Shown: piece by piece, positions 6,347 through 12,422 of the stretch
How positions within the stretch are numbered: the stretch's first letter is position 1
Layout of the letters: each line of letters opens with the position of its first letter
DNA from: a virus
Lineage: Duplodnaviria > Heunggongvirae > Uroviricota > Caudoviricetes
Strand: one strand, 5' to 3'
Length of the DNA: 12,422 nt
IMG/VR virus record: IMGVR_UViG_2619619131_000008
Span: 1-12,422 of that record
Made by a program: the position numbers and the translations under genes
Notes under the pieces: model-generated
What the model saw: only the letters and a program-made list of their open reading frames with translations
What the model was told of the DNA's origin: nothing
Databases searched by the model: none

Positions 6347-6370
6347 GGCTCGCTTTTGCGGGCCTTTTTT
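6347..6370 (+). terminator. rho-independent terminator after the tRNA cluster (GGCTCGC-TTTT-GCGGGCC + TTTTTT)
   Basis: 7-bp stem with one G-U pair followed by a T6 run. Confidence 0.55.
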
Positions 6371-6502
6371 GTATCCGCGCCACGCCCGGCGCATATCAAC
6401 CACAGAGCCTTTCGGGGGTGAGCTTACGGAGTGGTCAGTGTGACTTTCTCTGTGGGCAGATCGCTCCCGGGCGTTGGCTCACCCACCCAAAGGAACGTCA
6501 CG

Positions 6503-6934
6503 ATGTTTGGTATTTTTGGTAAAAAAGCCCGCCGAGCGGCAGTGGAAATTAAAAAGTTTGAGAAACGTGATCTGGCACAGGCGGTTATTAATGCTGCCTA
6601 TCTGGTGGCCTATGCAGATGGTGAATGTGAGGCTTCAGAGAAAGCGAAGATCGAGCAGGTCTTGCGTAACCAGCCTGCGTTGTCCGCGTTTACGTCAGAA
6701 ATTAATGCGATTAGCGCAACCATTATCGGTCAGCTGGATACGAACTTTAAAATTGGTCGTCGAGCGGCGTTACGTGAGATCGAGGATGTGAAACACGATA
6801 CGCGTGAAGCGGAAGACGTGCTGGATGTGGCGGTGGCCATTGCCGAAGCAGACGGCGAAATAGAGCCGGAAGAGCGCAAGGTGCTGGAAGAGATTGCCGG
6901 TGTTCTGGGCCTTCGTCTGGAGAATCATCTGTGA
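6503..6934 (+). CDS. TerB-like domain protein (tellurite-resistance TerB / DjlA-N-like fold), 143 aa
   Basis: ATG at 6503 with AAGGAA 7 nt upstream. Two TerB-type acidic motifs (AYADGECEASEKAKIEQVL and AEADGEIEPEERKVLEEIAGVLGL). The earlier GTG at 6431 lacks an RBS. Confidence 0.65.
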   Translation: MFGIFGKKARRAAVEIKKFEKRDLAQAVINAAYLVAYADGECEASEKAKIEQVLRNQPALSAFTSEINAISATIIGQLDTNFKIGRRAALREIEDVKHDTREAEDVLDVAVAIAEADGEIEPEERKVLEEIAGVLGLRLENHL

Positions 6935-6942
6935 CGGTAAAA

Positions 6943-7104
6943 ATGCGTCTGGCTGTGGTTGCGCTCCTGCTGTTTCTGGTAGTGATGGTGGTGATGGTGG
7001 ACTTCAGCAGCCGGATAATGTCAGTGCTGGCTGACGGTGTGCTGGTGGCGGGTGTGGTGGTTGTTGCTTTCCCGTTGCTGAAAAAGAAAGCATCAGGCGA
7101 TTAG
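6943..7104 (+). CDS. possible small hydrophobic membrane peptide (53 aa: MRLAVVALLLFLVVMVVMVDFSSRIMSVLADGVLVAGVVVVAFPLLKKKASGD)
   Basis: Absent from the ORF track (<60 aa). Starts 9 nt after the TerB-like stop. Two hydrophobic segments and a KKK tail. Weak RBS; contains a 9-bp tandem repeat GTGATGGTG x2. Confidence 0.35.
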   Translation: MRLAVVALLLFLVVMVVMVDFSSRIMSVLADGVLVAGVVVVAFPLLKKKASGD

Positions 7105-7344
7105 CAGGGTATCAGTTACCCGTTGAAATTTTTAAATACCTCACAATTCAGGCGGTTGACTGTTGTCTGGTTTGCGGGGAGTTTGTTAAAAGAAACTGGC
7201 ATGGTGAATCCCCCTGTGCGGAGGGGCAATCAGCAACTGGTGTTTTGTCACCGACCCTTATCCTTTCTGTGCGGGTTCAGGTGCTGATACTGAACTCACC
7301 GGGAGGCACCCGGCACCATGCAAAATTGTCTACACTACCACTGT

Positions 7345-7373
7345 AAAAAGCCCCTCTCCGGAGGGGCTTTTCT
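7345..7373 (+). terminator. strong intrinsic terminator (AGCCCCTC-TCCG-GAGGGGCT + TTTCT), A-run upstream makes it potentially bidirectional
   Basis: Perfect 8-bp GC-rich stem with tetraloop, flanked by AAAAA and TTTT. Confidence 0.65.
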
Positions 7374-7378
7374 ATGGG

Positions 7379-7407
7379 CAAAAAAAAGCCCGCAGTGAGT
7401 GGCGGGC
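7379..7407 (-). terminator. intrinsic terminator oriented for the minus strand (GCCCGC…GCGGGC preceded on + by A8, i.e. followed by U8 on minus-strand RNA)
   Basis: 6-bp GC stem with 8-nt loop. The poly-A on the + strand corresponds to poly-U on a leftward transcript. Confidence 0.45.
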
Positions 7408-7471
7408 GGGGCGCATGAATATACATCAGGTATTTTTATTATCGTGTTCTGATTTTTACCATCTGTGATAA

Positions 7472-7502
7472 GGCTGCGCAACTGCGCGGCCTTTTTCGTT
7501 TT
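7472..7502 (+). terminator. intrinsic terminator (GGCTGCGC-AACT-GCGCGGCC + TTTTTCGTTTT)
   Basis: 8-bp stem with one G-U pair followed by a T-rich run, about 90 bp upstream of the nanS-p-like start. Confidence 0.55.
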
Positions 7503-7590
7503 GCGGGCTGCGGTTCTCCTCTTTTGATTCTCCGTGTAGCCGGACCGTGGCCCGCAACTGTTGAGGAAAATCCCGGAAAGGGGAGGAATA

Positions 7591-9534
7591 ATGGCATTTA
7601 AACACTATGACGTGGTCAGGGCGGCGTCGCCGTCAGACCTTGCGGAGCGACTGACACAAAAACTGAAGGAAGGCTGGCAGCCGTTTGGCAGTCCTGTGGC
7701 TATCACGCCTTATACACTGATGCAGGCCATTGCCGCAGAGGGTGATGTGACCACGCCTGTGGTTGTGCCCGACACAGGGGCTGGTGGCTCTCCGGGAGTG
7801 GCTACCACTGAACCGGAGTATTACTACGTTATTCCCCTGGCCGGGCAGTCGAACGGTATGGCCTATGGTGAGGGGCTTCCTCTGCCGGAGACCTATGATC
7901 GCCCTGACTCCCGTATTAAGCAGCTGGCCCGTCGCAGCACTGTGACGCCGGGTGGTGATACCTGTGCATACAATGACGTTATTCCGGCAGACCACTGTCT
8001 GCATGATGTTCAGGACATGAGCGCACTTAACCATCCTCATGCAGACCTGAGTAAGGGCCAGTACGGGACTGTCGGTCAGGGGCTGCATATTGCCAAAAAA
8101 CTTCTGCCTTATATCCCGCAGAATGCCGGGATTCTTCTGGTGCCCTGTTGCCGTGGCGGGTCTGGTTTAACCGTGGGTAATGACGGCACGTTCAGCGAAA
8201 CGTCTGGCGCATCGGCAAATTCAGCCCGCTGGGGAGTGGGTAAACCGCTGTATCAGGATTTTCTCTTCCGTACAAAAGCGGCGCTGTCGAAGAACCCGAA
8301 AAACAGGCTTCTGGCCGTGGTATGGATGCAGGGGGAAAATGATCTTGCGGACGGCAGTCAGCAGCACAGCGGCCTGTTTACCACTATGGTGCAGCAGTTC
8401 AGGGCTGATATGGCTGCATATTCTGCACAGTGTGTTGGCGGAAGTGCTGGCTCGGTGCCGTGGATTTGTGGTGACACCACGTATTACTGGAAGAATCTTA
8501 ACGCCGATAAATATGAGGCGGTATATGGCGGTTACAAGGGCAGGGAAGCACAGAATATTTTCTTTGTACCGTTCCTGACGGATGAGAATGGACAGAGCAC
8601 GCCAACGAATGCTCCGGCGGAAGACCCGGATATTGTGGCTGTCGGGTATTACGGTGCAGCATCCCGAACCCAGGGCAGTTTTGTTTCGACACAGCGTGAC
8701 AGCCATTTCAGCTCATGGGCACGCAGGGGCGTCATTTCAGACCGTCTGGCCTCAGCTATTATGCTCCATGCAGGGCGCACGGCTGAATTGATGCGCGGGC
8801 AGACCGTGACACCACCGGATGAGAAGCCGTCACCTGATACACCATCAAAACCGTCCACGCCACCCGCAGACACCACGACGATGAGTACGCTATTTGCTTA
8901 CCGGGCATCTGAGTCTGAAGGACGGTTGACACCACAGGGTTGGGCTGCTGGAGGTGGCAAGGCTCAAATCGTGGATGATGCCGGAGCCAGCGGGGGTAAG
9001 GCAATGAAACTGACCAAGGAAACAGGAAGAGCCCCCTGGTACCTTGAGCATGATGCTGGTAATGGTGCGGACCTGCTGGGTAAAGGTGGTCTTGTCAGTT
9101 GTCGTTTTAAACTCGATGGCGCGCTTACGGCTAATCAGTACGCACTGGCGCTGTACTGGCCGGTTTCTTCATTGCCTCAGGGTGTCACACTGGAAGGTAA
9201 TGCCGGTAACAATCTGCTGGCGTCGTTTTACGTACAGAGCGATGCCACAGACCTCAACGTGATGTACCACAAGGGTAACGCTGACCAGAACACGAAGCTG
9301 GGGTCATTCGGCGCATTTAATAACGAATGGCATACGCTGGGCTTCCGTTTTGCCGGTAATAACAGTATTCAGGTGACGCCGGTGATTGATGGTCAGGATG
9401 GTGCACCGTTCATGCTGTCGCAGTCTCCGGTAGGTTCTTTTGCGGCAGACAAATTACGTGTAACGGATATCACAAAAGCGGCGACGTATACGGTGCTGAT
9501 TGAAAGTATAACAGTGGAAGTGAATAACCCGTAA
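7591..9534 (+). CDS. nanS: NanS-p-like prophage 9-O-acetyl sialic acid esterase (N-terminal DUF1737, SGNH/SASA esterase core with GQSN motif, C-terminal beta-rich domain)
   Basis: 647 aa from ATG 7591 (AAGGGGAGGA RBS). N-terminus MAFKHYDVVRAASPSDLAERL… is DUF1737-like. IPLAGQSNGMAYGEG carries the SGNH catalytic Ser block. Pro/Ser/Thr-rich linker (TPPDEKPSPDTPSKPSTPP). Same position as yjhS/nanS-p downstream of the toxin site in Stx phages. Confidence 0.8.
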   Translation: MAFKHYDVVRAASPSDLAERLTQKLKEGWQPFGSPVAITPYTLMQAIAAEGDVTTPVVVPDTGAGGSPGVATTEPEYYYVIPLAGQSNGMAYGEGLPLPETYDRPDSRIKQLARRSTVTPGGDTCAYNDVIPADHCLHDVQDMSALNHPHADLSKGQYGTVGQGLHIAKKLLPYIPQNAGILLVPCCRGGSGLTVGNDGTFSETSGASANSARWGVGKPLYQDFLFRTKAALSKNPKNRLLAVVWMQGENDLADGSQQHSGLFTTMVQQFRADMAAYSAQCVGGSAGSVPWICGDTTYYWKNLNADKYEAVYGGYKGREAQNIFFVPFLTDENGQSTPTNAPAEDPDIVAVGYYGAASRTQGSFVSTQRDSHFSSWARRGVISDRLASAIMLHAGRTAELMRGQTVTPPDEKPSPDTPSKPSTPPADTTTMSTLFAYRASESEGRLTPQGWAAGGGKAQIVDDAGASGGKAMKLTKETGRAPWYLEHDAGNGADLLGKGGLVSCRFKLDGALTANQYALALYWPVSSLPQGVTLEGNAGNNLLASFYVQSDATDLNVMYHKGNADQNTKLGSFGAFNNEWHTLGFRFAGNNSIQVTPVIDGQDGAPFMLSQSPVGSFAADKLRVTDITKAATYTVLIESITVEVNNP

Positions 9535-9682
9535 GCAGGAAAAAAAGACCGCCGTGGCAGGGAAAACAAGGAGCCAGAACCGGCGGCAGAAGTCGCTACA
9601 TCCTTAGCAAAAATATGCTGAGCAAAAAATGCAGGAGTTTTTTACTGGCAGGCATTGACCATGTCAATAATGGAGATGAATA

Positions 9683-9865
9683 ATGACATTTTTACAGCTG
9701 ATTATGTTGTATTTCTGTACAGCAGTTTGTGTGCTGTATCTTCTTTCTGGTGGGTACAGAGTCGTGAGAGATTTCTGGCGCAGGCAGATTGACAAAAGGG
9801 CCGCTGAGAAAATCAGTGCCAGTCAGTCAGCCGGAACAAAACCCGAAGAGCCTCTCATTCCGTAG
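9683..9865 (+). CDS. hypothetical small membrane protein (60 aa)
   Basis: ATG with GGAG upstream. N-terminal hydrophobic helix (LQLIMLYFCTAVCVLYLLSGG). Confidence 0.45.
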   Translation: MTFLQLIMLYFCTAVCVLYLLSGGYRVVRDFWRRQIDKRAAEKISASQSAGTKPEEPLIP

Positions 9866-9902
9866 CAACTTTCTTAACAACACCTTTCAACGAGAAAATA
9901 CC

Positions 9903-10172
9903 ATGTCAGAAATAAAATCGCTGGTCACTGCTGAAGCAGTGAAGGAAGTCCTGCGCTCTGAAGAAGTCAGAAGCGCACTGAAACAGCAACTTCGGCAGAA
10001 CCTTGAGGCGCGTCTTGATGCAGAAGTGGATGCCATTCTGGATGAACTGCTGGGCGCACCGACTGTTCCGGAGCCGGAAGGCATTGCGGATGACAGTGCT
10101 GTTTCAGATGGCGTCGGGTCTCAGCCTGATGGTAGCAGTGAGCCTCAGCCTGACGGCGAAATGATGATGTAA
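9903..10172 (+). CDS. hypothetical acidic protein (89 aa) with C-terminal low-complexity SQPDG/EPQPDG repeat
   Basis: ATG at 9903 chosen over the upstream in-frame ATG (9789), which would overlap the previous gene. Helical N-terminal part and acidic tail. Confidence 0.5.
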   Translation: MSEIKSLVTAEAVKEVLRSEEVRSALKQQLRQNLEARLDAEVDAILDELLGAPTVPEPEGIADDSAVSDGVGSQPDGSSEPQPDGEMMM

Positions 10173-10247
10173 CCATGCGCAGGGGCTGTCGGTGTGAGCT
10201 GATGCCCCTCTTGTTGTTGTGAGCTTCCGGATTGCGGGAGACGGGGT

Positions 10248-10463
10248 ATGTACCAGATGGAAAAAATCACAACAGGTGTGTCATACACCACGTCAGCGGT
10301 GGGGACGGGCTACTGGTTCCTGCAGCTGCTGGACAGGGTTTCCCCGTCTCAGTGGGCGGCAATAGGCGTACTGGGAAGTCTGCTGTTTGGGCTGCTGACA
10401 TATCTGACTAACCTGTATTTCAAAATCAGAGAGGACCGTCGTAAGGCGGCGCGGGGAGAGTAA
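10248..10463 (+). CDS. S: class II holin, phage 21 S-type pinholin (71 aa) with possible dual-start motif (Met1/Met4)
   Basis: [71 protein letters not shown] is near-identical in the C-terminal two thirds to recalled S21. Two TMDs and a charged C-tail. Confidence 0.85.
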   Translation: MYQMEKITTGVSYTTSAVGTGYWFLQLLDRVSPSQWAAIGVLGSLLFGLLTYLTNLYFKIREDRRKAARGE

Positions 10464-10467
10464 AGCG

Positions 10468-10812
10468 ATGAAGAAAAAATACGAACTGGTTGTTAAAGGG
10501 ATAAATAATTACCCGAATAAGATTACTGTTACTGTGGCACTGGAAATTGGTGGGTATCCGTCACTGTTGTTGCCAGATGTGGCGATTAGTCTTGACCGTA
10601 CTGAAGATGCCACGCTGGAGTTTTACGAAGCTGAGGCGAAAAAGCAGGCGAAGCAGTTTTTCATGGATGTTGCTGCCGGGTTATGTGAAGGGGATGGTCC
10701 GTTGCCGGAAAAGCGCCCCGTAATTTTAGAGGCGCAGGATGTGTTGATAACCTACAGAGGAAAACTACCGGGAATAATTACTGGTTCTCTGAAGACTCCA
10801 CCGCTGGCCTGA
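10468..10812 (+). CDS. hypothetical 114-aa protein inserted between pinholin and endolysin genes
   Basis: ATG at 10468 with GGAGAG RBS, 4 nt after the holin stop. No TM segment or family recognised. Confidence 0.55.
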   Translation: MKKKYELVVKGINNYPNKITVTVALEIGGYPSLLLPDVAISLDRTEDATLEFYEAEAKKQAKQFFMDVAAGLCEGDGPLPEKRPVILEAQDVLITYRGKLPGIITGSLKTPPLA

Positions 10813-10862
10813 AGACTTAACATATCCAGGGATTTGAAATCGATAAACCCTGATAAATATCC

Positions 10863-11396
10863 ATGAACACCAAAATCAAATACGGCCTGTCGGCTGCCGT
10901 TCTGGCGCTGATTGCCGCAGGTGCGCCTGCGCCTGAAATCCTCGACCAGTTTCTGGATGAAAAGGAAGGTAACCACACCACGGCATACCGTGATGGCGCG
11001 GGTATCTGGACCATCTGCCGCGGTGCCATCCTGGTGGATAGTAAACCTGTCGTCCCGGGCATGAAGTTGTCGAAGGAAAAATGCGACCAGGTCAACGCCA
11101 TTGAGCGTGATAAGGCGCTGGCATGGGTGGAGCGCAATATTAAAGTGCCGCTGACCGAACCCCAGAAAGCGGGTATCGCGTCATTTTGTCCCTATAACAT
11201 TGGCCCCGGTAAGTGTTTCCCGTCGACGTTTTACAGACGGATTAATGCTGGTGACCGCAGGGGAGCATGCGAAGCGATTCGCTGGTGGATTAAGGACGGT
11301 GGCAGAGACTGCCGTATCCGCTCAAATAATTGCTACGGTCAGGTATCCCGGCGAGACCAGGAAAGTGCGCTGGCGTGCTGGGACATCGACAGATAA
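10863..11396 (+). CDS. R: SAR endolysin (T4-lysozyme-like muramidase, R21 type) with N-terminal signal-anchor-release domain
   Basis: 177 aa. N-terminal weakly hydrophobic Gly/Ala-rich segment (GLSAAVLALIAAGAPAP). Catalytic E-x8-D-x5-T pattern (E…NHTTAYRD…GIWT). Expected partner of a pinholin. Confidence 0.8.
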   Translation: MNTKIKYGLSAAVLALIAAGAPAPEILDQFLDEKEGNHTTAYRDGAGIWTICRGAILVDSKPVVPGMKLSKEKCDQVNAIERDKALAWVERNIKVPLTEPQKAGIASFCPYNIGPGKCFPSTFYRRINAGDRRGACEAIRWWIKDGGRDCRIRSNNCYGQVSRRDQESALACWDIDR

Positions 11397-11486
11397 GCAG
11401 AATATTTTGCTGAAAAATAAGGCATGAGCACGCGGACGGATAACACGAAATCCTGCGAACTGGCGAAACGTAAGTGAATAAAAGTA

Positions 11487-11526
11487 AAAACCCCGTTTGT
11501 TGGCACCAAGCGGGGTTTTGTGTTTC
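11487..11526 (+). terminator. intrinsic terminator downstream of the endolysin gene (CCCCGTTTG…CAAGCGGGG + TTTTGTGTTT), A-run upstream
   Basis: 9-bp stem with one G-U pair and 7-nt loop followed by a T-rich run. Confidence 0.5.
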
Positions 11527-11552
11527 TGACCTTGAGTAAGGCAAGGGAGAAC

Positions 11553-11735
11553 ATGGCGAAGTATAAACGAATTCTGTTGAGGTTGACCATGAAAAACGGC
11601 CTTGAACTGAAAGCGCCTGTAACTGATGACATCAGCAGAGCACTGGCTTTTGCCATTAAGTGGGTGGCGGTCGGTGTTGCTGTGTCCCCGATGCTGTATG
11701 GGCTGGCAAAACTGGTCATTGCGTTGAAATCGTGA
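11553..11735 (+). CDS. hypothetical small protein (60 aa) with C-terminal hydrophobic helix
   Basis: ATG at 11553 with AAGGGAGA upstream (short spacing). Hydrophobic segment [22 protein letters not shown]. Function unknown. Confidence 0.35.
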   Translation: MAKYKRILLRLTMKNGLELKAPVTDDISRALAFAIKWVAVGVAVSPMLYGLAKLVIALKS

Positions 11736-11749
11736 AGGGAGGATTAAGC

Positions 11750-11881
11750 ATGTCAGACAAACTCATAACGCTGGCGAAGATCCTCTGTGTAATTGTCGGC
11801 ATTTCATTTTCACTAATGCTGGTTGCTCTTTTTCTTTCCATGGCCTGGATGATGTTGTCTTCGTCGGGGCTGCTGGGGTGA
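11750..11881 (+). CDS. hypothetical small membrane peptide (43 aa)
   Basis: Strong RBS GAAGGGAGG before ATG 11750. One TM helix ([26 protein letters not shown]). Stop overlaps the Rz start. Confidence 0.35.
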   Translation: MSDKLITLAKILCVIVGISFSLMLVALFLSMAWMMLSSSGLLG

Positions 11882-12351
11882 ACATAAACCGAATGCTTTC
11901 CGCGTTTACCGTTATTCTGCTGGTGGTCTGTGGTGCGCTGTGGCTGGCAACAGACCATTACCGTGATAACGCCATCACCTACAAAGCGCAGCGCGATAAA
12001 AAAGCCAGAGAGCTGGAGCTGGCAAACGCAACCATTACTGACATGCAGCAGCGCCAGCGTGATGTTGCTGCGCTTGATGCCAGATACTCAAGGGAATTAG
12101 CCGATGCGAGAGCTGAAAATGAAACTCTGCGTGCTGATGTTGCCGCTGGTCGTAAGCGCCTGCGGATCAACGCCACCTGCTCCGGTACCGTGCGTGAAGC
12201 CACCGGCACCTCCGGAATGGATAATGCAACCGGCCCCCGACTGGCAGACACCGCTGAACGGGATTATTTCACCCTCAGAGAGCGGTTGATGACAATGCAG
12301 AAGCAACTGGAAGGGGCGCAGGAATATATCCGCACTCAGTGTATTAACTAG
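11878..12351 (+). CDS. Rz: Rz i-spanin (inner-membrane spanin subunit)
   Basis: Strong similarity to recalled lambda Rz (…[15 protein letters not shown]…[17 protein letters not shown]…TMQKQLEG…). N-terminal TM helix. Start may be GTG 11878 or ATG 11893. Confidence 0.85.
   Translation: MNINRMLSAFTVILLVVCGALWLATDHYRDNAITYKAQRDKKARELELANATITDMQQRQRDVAALDARYSRELADARAENETLRADVAAGRKRLRINATCSGTVREATGTSGMDNATGPRLADTAERDYFTLRERLMTMQKQLEGAQEYIRTQCIN
12104..12289 (+). CDS. Rz1: Rz1 o-spanin lipoprotein, embedded in the +1 frame inside Rz
   Basis: [61 protein letters not shown]: lipobox VVSAC, Pro-rich, very similar to recalled lambda Rz1. Confidence 0.85.
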   Translation: MRELKMKLCVLMLPLVVSACGSTPPAPVPCVKPPAPPEWIMQPAPDWQTPLNGIISPSESG

Positions 12352-12374
12352 TATTTTTGTTATCCGGAGAATGC

Positions 12375-12422
12375 ATGAAGAAATTACTGGTAACCGTAAA
12401 GCCTTTTCAGGGAACAATTCCG
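12375..12422 (+). CDS. start of an ORF running off the window (MKKLLVTVKPFQGTIP…), unidentified
   Basis: GGAGA RBS before ATG 12375. Only 16 codons visible. Confidence 0.2.
   Translation, partial: MKKLLVTVKPFQGTIP

Noticed and set aside
6137-6443. ORFs overlapping the tRNA cluster (minus 6137-6403, plus 6210-6443)
   Set aside because: They run through the tRNA genes and the terminator. Artefacts of open frames in structured RNA sequence.
6431-6502. GTG-initiated N-terminal extension of the TerB-like gene
   Set aside because: No RBS at 6431 and it starts within the post-tRNA region. ATG 6503 has AAGGAA at ideal spacing.
6474-6791. 105-aa Arg-rich + strand ORF
   Set aside because: Alternative frame inside the TerB-like gene.
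6333-7560. Shiga toxin genes (stxA/stxB) expected at this position in an Stx-phage-like context
   Set aside because: No ORF here resembles an A subunit of about 315 aa or a B subunit of about 89 aa with a signal peptide. The slot holds the TerB-like gene instead.
7561-7590. TTG-initiated 10-codon extension of the nanS-p-like gene
   Set aside because: ATG 7591 is preceded by a strong AAGGGGAGGA RBS, whereas the TTG has none.
7633-9262. Several internal ORFs on both strands within the nanS-p-like gene (for example 7633-8088 minus, 8180-8578 plus, 8221-8706 minus, 8759-9004 minus, 9044-9262 plus)
   Set aside because: All are contained within a long, well-supported CDS with recognisable domains. 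Typical out-of-frame or antisense shadows.
11424-11477. 17-aa ORF (MSTRTDNTKSCELAKRK) right after the endolysin gene
   Set aside because: Too short, no RBS, hydrophilic. Nothing supports it.
11339-11719. 126-aa minus-strand ORF
   Set aside because: Antisense across the endolysin 3' end, a terminator and a small + ORF. No start signals.
11979-12417. Minus-strand ORFs (11979-12251, 12097-12417) within Rz/Rz1
   Set aside because: Rz and Rz1 on the + strand are strongly supported. These are antisense shadows.
1-12422. CRISPR array or other regularly spaced direct-repeat array
   Set aside because: No series of equal-length repeats with unique spacers found. Only isolated short repeats (TTAACATTA x2, GTGATGGTG x2) and terminator palindromes.

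Overview
The window reads as a segment of a lambdoid (Qin/Stx-phage-like) prophage of an Escherichia/Shigella-type host, with every credible gene on the + strand. All calls are from reading the sequence and recalled family knowledge; no searches or computations were run. Left to right: the 3' part of an IS1 element (1-327); an AT-rich two-gene island; a chain of small translationally coupled phage genes; a Hok-family toxin gene (hokD-like) with its terminator; a Rem-position ORF; a YdfU/DUF968-like gene; rusA; a Q-like late antiterminator gene followed by a lambda-like pR' promoter and tR' terminator; a small putative DNA-binding gene; an AT-rich AraC-family regulator; three tRNA genes (Ile2-CAU, Arg-UCG-like, Arg-UCU); a TerB-like gene with a coupled small hydrophobic ORF; an intergenic terminator cluster; a NanS-p-like sialate O-acetylesterase gene; two small ORFs; and a lysis cassette (S21-like pinholin, unknown 114-aa gene, SAR endolysin, two small membrane ORFs, Rz with embedded Rz1). 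This is the architecture in which Stx phages carry stxAB, but no Shiga toxin genes are present. The best candidate for an undescribed module is the TerB-like gene plus small membrane peptide sitting exactly at the stx-equivalent site after the tRNA triad. Other candidates are the unknown gene wedged between pinholin and endolysin, the AppY-like AraC regulator with its small partner, the tandem paralogous small genes upstream of hok, and the terminator-dense intergenic region upstream of nanS-p. None of these functions can be established from sequence alone.
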